Source of the DNA: Deltaproteobacteria bacterium TL4
Lineage (GTDB): Bacteria; SAR324; NAC60-12
Direction of reading: 5' to 3'
DNA length: 18,068 nucleotides
NCBI GenBank assembly: GCA_051382335.1
Contig: JBBCAX010000339.1
Coordinates: forward strand, 1-18,068
The notes under the pieces are model-generated. The model saw nothing but the letters and a program-made list of their open reading frames with translations. It was not told where the DNA came from and ran no database searches. The translations under genes and the position numbers were made by a program. This document shows positions 7,227 to 15,809 of this stretch, piece by piece. Within the stretch, counting starts at the first letter, position 1; every line of letters starts with the position of its first letter.

Positions 7227-9089
7227 ATGAATGAGCTGTTCATGTCAAAGCCTCGTATTCTTCTCACTACTCCGACTTACCCCTATCCGACGCTTCCCGC
7301 AAACGAATCGCTAACGGACGCGATGGGACAACGTTTCACCAAGGGGGACGGATTATTCACGATTGTTTCTCATACGCATTGTTACGCAAACCACATTTTA
7401 GCACAAAACATTGAGGAACCCTCAACACTGCTGGAATATCCCCGCTGGGAGGATTTTACAGCGGAAATTGATAAAGGATACGCTATTTTAGGCATCAGCG
7501 CTTTTCCTGTTCATCTCGAGCAAGTTCTCAAAATGTGTGCTTATGTCCGTCAAAATTCTCCCTCCACCCAAATTCTGTTGGGCTCCTACGCGGCACAGGC
7601 GTTTAACGCGATGTTGGATCCTGACGAACAAAAGCGTTATGTGGATCATGTCATTCAAGGTGAAGGGGTATGTTTTTTGAGAAAATTTTTGGGAGAAGAT
7701 CCCGAGCGTCCCATTCGTCAACATTTAATGCCCAAAGGGGGAGGGGCGCCTCGTTTTATTTCGAATCATCCCCGTGGAAATGTGGCCTTTTTAGTCTCAG
7801 GACTGGGCTGTCCCGGAGGGTGTGATTTTTGTTCCAGTTCGGAATTTTTTAAACAAAAACGCATAGAGTTTCTTTCACCGGACGAACTGGTGGCTCATAT
7901 TCATCAGTATCATCAAGTTTTTCCTGAAGTTTCGCATGTTTTTGTCATTGAAGAAGACCATTTTCGGCATCCCCGTTATTTGATCGCGCTTAAAGCGTAT
8001 TGGGAAAAAAATCCATCTGTTGTGGAAAGCATCGATTGGTTCGCTTTTGGTTCCGTGGATCATATTGGCAAATTCGCAAAAAAATATGGCTGGGATACCA
8101 TCGCGGAAATAGGCATTGGTGCCATCTTCATCGGTGTGGAATCCAAGTTCGCGGGAGAGCATGGCTACGATAAAAGATCGGAATACGATCCAAAGGAAGT
8201 CTTTAGGAAACTCCATCTCATGGGAATCCGAACCGTTGGCGCCTGGATGTGCGGGTGGGATTTTCATAACCACGCCAACATTCACGAGGACCTGAACTAT
8301 TTTGTTTCGCTGTATCCCACTTATCAACAATTAACCCGTGTTTCTCCCTTTCCCGGAACGCCTTTATGGAAGCAACGACGGGAAGAAGGTCGTTTGGAAG
8401 AAGTTCCCTGGGAAGATATTCATTTCTGGAGTGGTGCTCAAAAAAACACAGAGTTGGAAGCTCATGAAACGCTAAACCTGACTGAGTTTGGATATGATTT
8501 ACTTTACCAAACCTGGGGGCCGTCCATGTTAAGGAGGCTGGATGTTGAATTGAATGGCTATGCCTTTTGTCAAAACTCCAGCAATCCAATCCTGCGGCAG
8601 CACAAATCTCTCTTTTTCAAGCGTCAATGTGCCATGCTTTGGACTCTTTATTATGCGATAGAACGTTATGCCCCCAATGGCGTGGTCAGGCGACGAGCTC
8701 GTAAAATCCACGCAAAATATTGCTCGTTGATTGGGGAACCCACACCGGTGATGCGGCTTTTAGCACGAAGTACTGAAGTGCTGGCCTCCCTTGTGATGTT
8801 CAAGGAAATCTTTGATCCCGCAAACCGACATCCCAAGGAAGAGCCCTATAAAAAATATATTTACACTAAAAATCAGGCGGATGACCATCCCGTTCCTTAT
8901 CAAGTTGAATGGCCTGTTGCCCCGACTTTAAAGAATCGTATCGGGATGAAGCAGGAAGAATGGAACATGATCCTCCTTGCCAACGCAATGAAGGCCATGC
9001 GTCTTGCACAGTATAAAAAAAGCGATCCAGAAATTGATCTCTACTTCATTAATCTTTTTGCCTCAAAACGCTTCGGTTTCGGATTTTAG
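7227..9089 (+). CDS. Cobalamin (B12)-binding-domain radical SAM enzyme
   Basis: N-terminal Rossmann-like B12-binding domain (ILGISA...VRQNSP.TQILLGSY...VIQGEG), CxxxCxxC motif CPGGCDFC (7809-7832), EEDHF, IGVES and PFPGTPLW, plus a long C-terminal extension. The start could be 7242. Confidence 0.88.
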   Translation: MNELFMSKPRILLTTPTYPYPTLPANESLTDAMGQRFTKGDGLFTIVSHTHCYANHILAQNIEEPSTLLEYPRWEDFTAEIDKGYAILGISAFPVHLEQVLKMCAYVRQNSPSTQILLGSYAAQAFNAMLDPDEQKRYVDHVIQGEGVCFLRKFLGEDPERPIRQHLMPKGGGAPRFISNHPRGNVAFLVSGLGCPGGCDFCSSSEFFKQKRIEFLSPDELVAHIHQYHQVFPEVSHVFVIEEDHFRHPRYLIALKAYWEKNPSVVESIDWFAFGSVDHIGKFAKKYGWDTIAEIGIGAIFIGVESKFAGEHGYDKRSEYDPKEVFRKLHLMGIRTVGAWMCGWDFHNHANIHEDLNYFVSLYPTYQQLTRVSPFPGTPLWKQRREEGRLEEVPWEDIHFWSGAQKNTELEAHETLNLTEFGYDLLYQTWGPSMLRRLDVELNGYAFCQNSSNPILRQHKSLFFKRQCAMLWTLYYAIERYAPNGVVRRRARKIHAKYCSLIGEPTPVMRLLARSTEVLASLVMFKEIFDPANRHPKEEPYKKYIYTKNQADDHPVPYQVEWPVAPTLKNRIGMKQEEWNMILLANAMKAMRLAQYKKSDPEIDLYFINLFASKRFGFGF

Positions 9090-9102
9090 AAATAAGCTGA
9101 GT

Positions 9103-9129
9103 TTTGCGAGTTATGGTTTAACTCACAAA
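9103..9129. other. Imperfect inverted repeat just after the radical SAM gene (possible terminator-like hairpin or operator)
   Basis: TTTGCGAGTTA-TGGTT-TAACTCACAAA, 10/11 paired, 13 bp after the stop codon. No U-tract on the + strand. Confidence 0.35.
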
Positions 9130-9446
9130 GTCGCCCCTCCTCGGAATCACAGTCAGAATATTTTTTGAATAGTAACAATAAAAATATTGACACCGATGAG
9201 AGTTGAAGCTATTGATATTCCACTTGAAAACATCAGAGGGATTTGATACAGATCAGTTTTTGATTCTTTTATGATAAGAATAAGGTTCAGCTTAAGCGAA
9301 TCCGGCGCGCAGGAAAAGAAAAAAGTTATCGGCTGTTAGGTTCAACGAACGATGTACTTAAAAAGAAACATACGAAGAGGCTCCTAAGGCCATGAGGTCA
9401 AAAGGGTTACACCGTGAAGACATAATGTCAATGCATGAGGAAAAAA

Positions 9447-9728
9447 ATGGTTAAAGTGGATATTATTCGAAACTTGCAGCTCAAAGAAGGATTACAATTT
9501 GGTACTGCGGAAAAACTTGTCAACGACATGCTTGATATTGTCAAAGATTCCTTGGAGGATTCTGAAGAGGTGCTAGTCAGTAATTTTGGCAAGTTTTCGT
9601 TACGTGATAAAAAGAGTCGCCCGGGTCGCGATCCCAAAAGCAAACAAGCATATCAAATATCACCAAGACGGGTTGTCAGTTTTTCACCTTCAAAATCTTG
9701 GAGAGAAGAGCTTAATGGCGAGACGTAG
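9447..9728 (+). CDS. Integration host factor alpha-like / HU-family DNA-binding protein
   Basis: MVKVDII...VLVSNFGKFSLRDKKSRPGRDPKS...ISPRRVVSFSPS is closest to the IHF-alpha pattern. The start at 9447 is preferred because GAGG lies at 9437-9440. It is not in the usual pheT-ihfA context, so it may be a paralog. Confidence 0.9.
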   Translation: MVKVDIIRNLQLKEGLQFGTAEKLVNDMLDIVKDSLEDSEEVLVSNFGKFSLRDKKSRPGRDPKSKQAYQISPRRVVSFSPSKSWREELNGET

Positions 9729-9939
9729 GACAAGAGAGCGCGAGAAGTAAAAGGCCCTGTTTGATATGGACAAAAACGCCTGAGACGGCTCTCCATCTTA
9801 CAGCTAAAGGAGGCCTCGGCTTCCTCCCTGAAAATTTACAGCAAGATAATTATCGGTAACCGCATCATTCATTGAAAATCCGTTTACTTGAATTACCCTG
9901 TTTTTGAGTTGTCATGGTTAAACATTGACCAAAAGATAA

Positions 9940-10092
9940 TCAGTATAACCCTTTATTTTCACTCAATATCGCTTCTGCTTTCGCTTTATCCAATCCTCCG
10001 CTAGCGATGATAACCCCGCCAAACGCCTTTCGAATTTTAGATTTCACGGAAGCTGTGACTTCCGGAGCACCCATTGAAGAATGATCAACGAT
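9940..10092 (-). pseudogene. Short relic of an Old Yellow Enzyme / alkene reductase (NemA-like)
   Basis: Manual translation of 10092-9949 gives IVDHSSMGAPEVTASVKSKIRKAFGGVIIASGGLDKAKAEAILSENKG, matching the OYE region just before the D-L-V-A-F-G-R motif. Similarity stops there (LY*, TGA at 9942-9940), and no N-terminal barrel is present. Confidence 0.7.
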
Positions 10093-10224
10093 GAAGAGAC
10101 GTATTAAATGTGCCATAAGTACTTGTTAAAGGACGATGCTTTGTGATAGGGATGATTCAAGGGATAGCTTTGGGGGATTTCAAGAGCGCGGTTCAATGCC
10201 GCAAGTTTTTTCATAGGAGCGAAG

Positions 10225-11628
10225 ATGGAGTCTTTGGAGACAAATACGGTGGTTATTGGAGGAGGGCCGGGAGGATATCCCGCGGCAATCCGCTTAGGGC
10301 AGTTAGGAATCAGTACCATTTTAATTGAAAAAGAAAAAATGGGTGGAACCTGTTTGAATATAGGGTGCATTCCCTCTAAGGCGCTTTTAAACGCTTCAGG
10401 AACTTATGCCCAATTGAATAGTGAAATTGCTGATATGGGAATTCAGATCCAAAATGCCACCATTCACTGGGAAGAAACCATTGCGTGGAAAGACAAGCTG
10501 GTACAAAAACTGGTTCAGGGAATTCAAGGGTTGTTACAGAACAATAATGTGCGGCTCATCAAAGGCGTCGGAAGCCTTTTAAACGCAAATCAGGTTGAGG
10601 TCCAGGGAGAACAGCCCGCGCTCATTACCTGTAAAAATATCATTCTGGCAACCGGATCTGTGGTTGTGAATCTCAAGCCTTTCCCTGTGGATAATCAAAC
10701 GATTCTTGATTCCACCGGATTGCTGTCCCTGAAAACCATTCCTGAATCCATGATTTTGTTAGGAGGTGGTGTTATTGGAATGGAGCTGGGGACCGTTTTT
10801 AGCAATCTGGGATGTAAAGTAACGATAGTGGAAATGCTGGAAAATATTCTGCCTAATTGTGAAAACGAAGCCCGCAAAATTATCCAGAAAGCCTTTGAGA
10901 AGAAAGGGGGAGAAATCCTTACCGGCACCAAAGCGCTTGAATGCTCAAAAATTTTGGAAGGGGTGGCTTTAACAGTGGAACGAAATGGACAAAAACAAAC
11001 CTTATCCGCAAAATTATTGGGCGTGACCGTAGGACGAAAACCTTATTATGAAGGCTTGAACCTGGAAGGCTTAAATCTGAAGATCCAGAATGGCAGAATC
11101 CCTGTCAATGATCAGCTTCAAACGATTTATCCGAACATTTACGCGGTTGGAGACCTCATTGATGGGCCGATGCTTGCTCACAAAGCCACGGCTGAAGGCG
11201 TTTTGGCCGCGGAGATTATTTCTGGAGAGAAGGCTTTCAGGAGTGATATTCAGGTTATTTCAGATGTTACTTATACCAAACCTGAAATCGCGAACGCTGG
11301 GCTTTTGGAACACCAGGCGCTGGAAAAAGGCTATACGGTGAAAGTTGGAAAATTCCCTCTCTCCGCCTTAGGCAGAGCCGCGACCACCAACGAATCGGCA
11401 GGCTATATTAAATATGTCGCGGATGCGGAAAACGATCGGATCATAGGCGTCACGATTGTTTCCAACCATGCCTCGGATTTGATTTCAGAAGCGGCGTTGG
11501 CTATCGAAATGGCCGCCACTTTGGATGATGTGGCACTGACCGTTCATCCACATCCTACCTTCTCGGAAGGGCACATGGAAGCCGCTGCGGCAGGACTTAA
11601 AAAAGCGATTCATATGTTTAACCGATAA
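10225..11628 (+). CDS. lpdA: Dihydrolipoyl dehydrogenase (E3)
   Basis: FAD motif GGGPGGY, redox disulfide GGTCLNIGCIPSK, NAD motif GGGVIGME, PMLAHKA and the His-Glu dyad HPHPTFSE. RBS AGGAG. Confidence 0.96.
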   Translation: MESLETNTVVIGGGPGGYPAAIRLGQLGISTILIEKEKMGGTCLNIGCIPSKALLNASGTYAQLNSEIADMGIQIQNATIHWEETIAWKDKLVQKLVQGIQGLLQNNNVRLIKGVGSLLNANQVEVQGEQPALITCKNIILATGSVVVNLKPFPVDNQTILDSTGLLSLKTIPESMILLGGGVIGMELGTVFSNLGCKVTIVEMLENILPNCENEARKIIQKAFEKKGGEILTGTKALECSKILEGVALTVERNGQKQTLSAKLLGVTVGRKPYYEGLNLEGLNLKIQNGRIPVNDQLQTIYPNIYAVGDLIDGPMLAHKATAEGVLAAEIISGEKAFRSDIQVISDVTYTKPEIANAGLLEHQALEKGYTVKVGKFPLSALGRAATTNESAGYIKYVADAENDRIIGVTIVSNHASDLISEAALAIEMAATLDDVALTVHPHPTFSEGHMEAAAAGLKKAIHMFNR

Positions 11629-11875
11629 TATCACAATTCTTAACTGGAAAAAATTATGCCAGAGAAAGACGCAATTTGCCAAAATTAAAAAAAGCCATAG
11701 TTTCTCCAAATTGACATTTTTTTAGAACCTTACAGTTTCAGGTCGATATCAGCTCAATATTTTAGGAGCCTACGATCTAAAAGAGGCACACCTGGTCCAT
11801 CAGAGTACTGAAGCAAATTGTGATAAAACTGTGTCAAAAATTAAAACCAAATGAATATCCAATTAAGGAGGATGG

Positions 11876-12514
11876 ATGCCAACGTCTAATGCGCAAGAAG
11901 CTCTCAAATATTTAAGGGATCCTGGTCACTTTCAGTGGTATGTCATTCCAATGTTTGTGTTAGTTGTTTACATTTATGCGGTAGAAATTGAGAAACGGAA
12001 CTGGAATGTTGTTTTTGCGGGATTAGCCGTGATTGGAATGGACTGGTTTAACGAACTTTGGAACTCCTTGTTGTTTCATTTCAATCAGTTTGCTCCGGCA
12101 TGGGGCACTCCTGGAGGAAATTCTGCTTATCAAATTTTCATAGGTTTCAATATTGAGATCCAATTTTTATTCGCGGTTGCCGGGATTGTTGGCTGTAAAG
12201 TACTTCCACAAGACCCTCACTTTAAAATATTTGGCCTCTCTAATCGTATCTTCTTGGCGGTCACCTATTCCGTTATCTGTGTGTTCATCGAAATGATCCT
12301 CAATGCGATGGGTGTCCTGACCTGGGATCTCTCTTGGTGGAACAGAGATTTTCCAATATTCATTGTCCTTATCGGTTATCTCCCGTTCTATCTTGTCGCG
12401 TATTGGGTGCATGATATGAATGACGTCAAAAAACAAGCAACAACGGTTGCGGGAATTATGAGTTTTGATCTCCTGGGATTCTTCATCTTTGGAAGAATCC
12501 TGGGATGGATCTGA
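11876..12514 (+). CDS. Uncharacterised integral membrane protein (about 6-7 TM helices)
   Basis: 212 aa, strong RBS AAGGAGG, alternating hydrophobic segments. Trp-rich, with acidic residues in or near membrane segments (MDWFNELWN, NIEIQF, FIEMILN). Confidence 0.8.
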   Translation: MPTSNAQEALKYLRDPGHFQWYVIPMFVLVVYIYAVEIEKRNWNVVFAGLAVIGMDWFNELWNSLLFHFNQFAPAWGTPGGNSAYQIFIGFNIEIQFLFAVAGIVGCKVLPQDPHFKIFGLSNRIFLAVTYSVICVFIEMILNAMGVLTWDLSWWNRDFPIFIVLIGYLPFYLVAYWVHDMNDVKKQATTVAGIMSFDLLGFFIFGRILGWI

Positions 12515-12562
12515 AAAACAACAGATTTTGCTGAAAGTTGGTTTTGCTCAGAGAGTCCAGTT

Positions 12563-12633
12563 CGGGAATCCACGCAAGGCGGCAAGGTCGTCCCTGCTAA
12601 GTGGATATCCCGTAGAGGCACAGCACACCCTAC
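12563..12633. repeat. Long imperfect hairpin plus a GTAG...CTAC REP-like remnant between convergent genes (possible bidirectional terminator/stabiliser)
   Basis: CGGGA-ATCCAC-GCAAGG-CGGC/AAG/GTCG-T-CCCTGC-TAA-GTGGAT-A-TCCCG (12563-12612), followed by GTAGAGGCACAGCACACCCTAC (12612-12633). The - strand GTAG of the latter contains the cyclase stop codon. Confidence 0.5.
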
Positions 12634-15600
12634 TTCTCCTCCAACACAATGGCGCCATCCCAATCTTCAGGGAGTTCGATTCCCTGTAATGGCTGACAGC
12701 GCTGCAGATGCAGTTGCGTCACTTGATCTTCAGGAAAAAGGTCCAGAGCTTTTTGAAAGCTCTGGATTGCGTTCTGCCAATCCTGATCAAAACGACTGTA
12801 GAGTCCTCGCCTGATGTCCCGTGTCGATTTCTTTTTAAGTTCCCGTATTTCCGGAGGATCAGCGTCAAAAATTTCGTAAAATCCAACCGGCCTTGTTTTG
12901 CCTTTGACCCGCACCCAGTCCAATTCACGGTAGCAAAACCGTTCTGGTTCTTTTAAGGCATGGAAGGTGTCTGAGCTGATGAGGATCGGCGTTCCATAGG
13001 ATTTGGTCAAACTTTCCAGACGAGCCGCAAGATTGACACTGTCTCCCAAAACGGTGGACTCCATTCGTTCTGCCGAACCCACGGTTCCAAAGACCACCGG
13101 GCCGGTATGAATCCCGATGCCTGTGGCGATGGGGCGGTATCCCGAATGATGTCGATGTTGATTATAGGTTTGTAAGGCCTGCTGCATGGCAATGGCTGCT
13201 TGAATCGAGTCCTGGACTTGTTCGGCCAAGGTTTCTCCGGGACGGTCAAACAGAGCCATGATGGCGTCGCCAATGAATTTGTCAATGAACCCGTGATGTT
13301 CATGGATCGGAGCATTCATGCGTTCAAAATAGGCGTTGAGAAAATTCAGCAACTCCTGTGGACTCAGTATTTCTGAAAGGGAGGTGAAGGAACGAATGTC
13401 AGAAAACATGATGGTGAGGGTTTCGCTGCCTCCGGTTCCCAGTTCAATATTTTCAATGCCTTTTCCGGAAATCCGTTTCAAAAATTGAGTGGGAACAAAC
13501 TTTTCAAAGGTGCGGGTCATCCCCGCCACTTTTTCCGATTCCGCTAACTGGATTTTGGTGTTTTTCAACTCATCATACAACTGTACGTTGTTGATAGCGG
13601 TGGCGATTTGCGTGATGTAGCGCTGGATGGTTTTAATTTTTTCCTCTGTGACGCTCATTATTTTTTGGGTATGAGCGAAAATAATGGTTCCCATAACCTC
13701 GTTTTGTACGTGGAGCGGACACATAAGATAAGCGTTTACAGGCTCGATTTTATACAAGGCACTGTCAGCGGGGAAAAACTGATTTGATAAGGCAGGTGTT
13801 ATTGGCGAGATATAGGCGGGTGCTTTGTTGATAAAAGTCTCGCAAATAGTGCTGGTAAAATTTCTGAGAGGAAGAAAAATTTGTCTAATCAATTTCAACT
13901 TTTCTTCAGTGATCCCTTCACCATAGTACCGATGGCATACCAATTCTTTTTGTTGAGGTTCCACTAAATAGATCCCAATTCGATTAAACTCAAAAATCTT
14001 CAGCAATGCGGCCATCACCGATTTTATCACCTGATTCAAATCCAGGGTAGAATTGACAGTCTGAACCACCTGATTGATGTGCGCAATTTCCTGTTCTTTG
14101 GCTTGAATGGCTTTATAGGATTGTGCGTTTTCAAAATGATGGGTGATGTTCAGCGTGATATTTTCCAAAAGGGTTTGATCGCCTTTTGAAAATTGATGGA
14201 AGGGGTGATAATGGGAAAGCGTGATTAACCCAATGGATTCATTTCGAGAGACCAACGGAACCACGAGTTGCTGAATCGCCGATCGTCCAAAATGGATTTT
14301 GAGCAAGTCTTCATTTTGGTAAGGACCTAATTCCTTGTTTTCGAAAATTTTCGATGTTTTGTCCCTAAAACAGGAATAGGTATACATGGATTCAGGTGAA
14401 ACCTGGAGCTTAAAGGCTTGAGCGTAGTTGATATTCAGCCCGTAGCTGGCATATAACTGGAGCGTATTCGATTCAGGCTGGTGTAAAAAAACGGAGCCGG
14501 AACCTTCTGAATAAATGGCCTTTACCGCTTCTTCAATAAAGACACTGGTGGTCTTTTCCAATTCAAGATGGGCACTCACGATTTGCCCAATGCGATGAAT
14601 CATGTCCAATCGTTCATGAGTGTCTCTGGTTTCTTGAACCATCCGTGCGTTATTGATCGCCGTAGCAACTTGGGTCAGGTAGTTGCTGATCCGCTGGAGA
14701 TCTTCAGGGATCACTTGAAAAGCCTGATGGGTGTTTGCGAAAGTAATCGTTCCGATAACGTTACCCTGTACTTCAAGAGGATAAATCAAAATGGATTTAA
14801 AAGGGCAGAGGTCATAGAAGGCCCGGTCACGTGAATCCATGGTTTCCAACCATTGAGGATAAATTTGTGAAAGATGGACAAAATTCTTTTTATGGACAGC
14901 CTCTGAAAATAAACTTCCCTCTGCTTCAACAGGAATCATCAATAATTGAAATTTCCCCAAATTTTTCTTCATGGAACCATAGGCCTTCAAAAACTTGAGG
15001 GTGTGAGCGGTTTCCCGATCAGACCGGATCAATTCATGGATGAGCACCTGTCGGAAATTAAAAATTTCCATCAATTCGGTGATGACGATAGCCATCACCG
15101 TGTCTAATTCCAAGGTTGAATTGACGATTTGAATGACCTTTTGGATTCGTTTCATTTCCTGGGTGCGCTCTTCCACTCGCTCTTCCAATCCCTGCATCAG
15201 TTTGGCGTTTTCGATGTAAGGCCCCAGCAACAATCCCAGTTGATGGAGACAGTCTTTTTCAGTTTCAGTGTAGAGGGAATCATCTATTTTGGGTCCCAGA
15301 AGCAACAGACAGGTCAATTGTTCTTTAAAATAAACCGGTTGAATCAGCTCGGCTTGTCGAAATGGATCTTCGGAGGAAAGAACTATTTCATGAGTCAAAA
15401 TCCATTCTTCAAGGACTTCACGAGAAACCGGATGGGCGAAGTGCTGAAACATAGTCAGCAAAGGACGAGTCGCGTTTATTTCCAAAGACTGGTCTTTTTC
15501 AAACGTTGAAACAACCCCGTCCTCAACGTGGGCGTGCCGTGTGTTTTGTGACATCCAGCCAAAAAATTGCTGTTGACGGCTTGAAAGCCAGAGCATTGAA

Positions 15601-15809
15601 AATTGAGCAGCGGACAGTTTTTCAAATAAAAAAGGTTGGAGTTGCACTTTGATATCCTTCATCGACTGAATTTGGGACAATCGTTGATTCAATTGTTCAA
15701 TACCTTGTCGTAATAGCTCGGATTGATGGGTGAAAAAGAGGGCCAGCATTGAGTTTCCCGCAATATAACACACCCGGTAGGCAAAAAGCACAAAGAACAT
15801 TCCACCCAA
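12630..15809 (-). CDS. Class III adenylate cyclase with tandem GAF domains and a C-terminal TPR-like helical segment (3' part of a frameshifted gene)
   Basis: Catalytic motifs MFSDIRSFT, DKFIGDAIM, GIGIHTG and STVLGDSVNLAARLE; the Lys and Thr specificity residues indicate ATP. Three clear GAF units (NSTLELD...QVATAINNA; SAHLELE...HFENA; NSTLDLN...QIATAINNV) plus one degenerate GAF. The TTG start has no evident RBS. Confidence 0.88.
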   Translation of the reverse strand: MGGMFFVLFAYRVCYIAGNSMLALFFTHQSELLRQGIEQLNQRLSQIQSMKDIKVQLQPFLFEKLSAAQFSMLWLSSRQQQFFGWMSQNTRHAHVEDGVVSTFEKDQSLEINATRPLLTMFQHFAHPVSREVLEEWILTHEIVLSSEDPFRQAELIQPVYFKEQLTCLLLLGPKIDDSLYTETEKDCLHQLGLLLGPYIENAKLMQGLEERVEERTQEMKRIQKVIQIVNSTLELDTVMAIVITELMEIFNFRQVLIHELIRSDRETAHTLKFLKAYGSMKKNLGKFQLLMIPVEAEGSLFSEAVHKKNFVHLSQIYPQWLETMDSRDRAFYDLCPFKSILIYPLEVQGNVIGTITFANTHQAFQVIPEDLQRISNYLTQVATAINNARMVQETRDTHERLDMIHRIGQIVSAHLELEKTTSVFIEEAVKAIYSEGSGSVFLHQPESNTLQLYASYGLNINYAQAFKLQVSPESMYTYSCFRDKTSKIFENKELGPYQNEDLLKIHFGRSAIQQLVVPLVSRNESIGLITLSHYHPFHQFSKGDQTLLENITLNITHHFENAQSYKAIQAKEQEIAHINQVVQTVNSTLDLNQVIKSVMAALLKIFEFNRIGIYLVEPQQKELVCHRYYGEGITEEKLKLIRQIFLPLRNFTSTICETFINKAPAYISPITPALSNQFFPADSALYKIEPVNAYLMCPLHVQNEVMGTIIFAHTQKIMSVTEEKIKTIQRYITQIATAINNVQLYDELKNTKIQLAESEKVAGMTRTFEKFVPTQFLKRISGKGIENIELGTGGSETLTIMFSDIRSFTSLSEILSPQELLNFLNAYFERMNAPIHEHHGFIDKFIGDAIMALFDRPGETLAEQVQDSIQAAIAMQQALQTYNQHRHHSGYRPIATGIGIHTGPVVFGTVGSAERMESTVLGDSVNLAARLESLTKSYGTPILISSDTFHALKEPERFCYRELDWVRVKGKTRPVGFYEIFDADPPEIRELKKKSTRDIRRGLYSRFDQDWQNAIQSFQKALDLFPEDQVTQLHLQRCQPLQGIELPEDWDGAIVLEEK

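Noticed and set aside
9187..9215. Sigma70 promoter for the IHF-like gene (TTGACA at 9187-9192)
   Set aside because: The -35 box is perfect, but the hexamer at 17-bp spacing (TATTGA) is a weak -10 match, so it cannot be supported.
10225..11628. lpdA as part of the U32/radical SAM system
   Set aside because: It is separated by an IHF-like gene and a pseudogene scar, no lipoyl-domain partner is in the window, and stand-alone lpdA genes are common.
11629..11825. 10-bp inverted repeat TATCACAATT / AATTGTGATA bracketing the region after lpdA, as a possible MITE
   Set aside because: It is short and AT-rich with no target duplication and no extension, so it is compatible with chance. The TTGACA at 11711 has no properly spaced -10.
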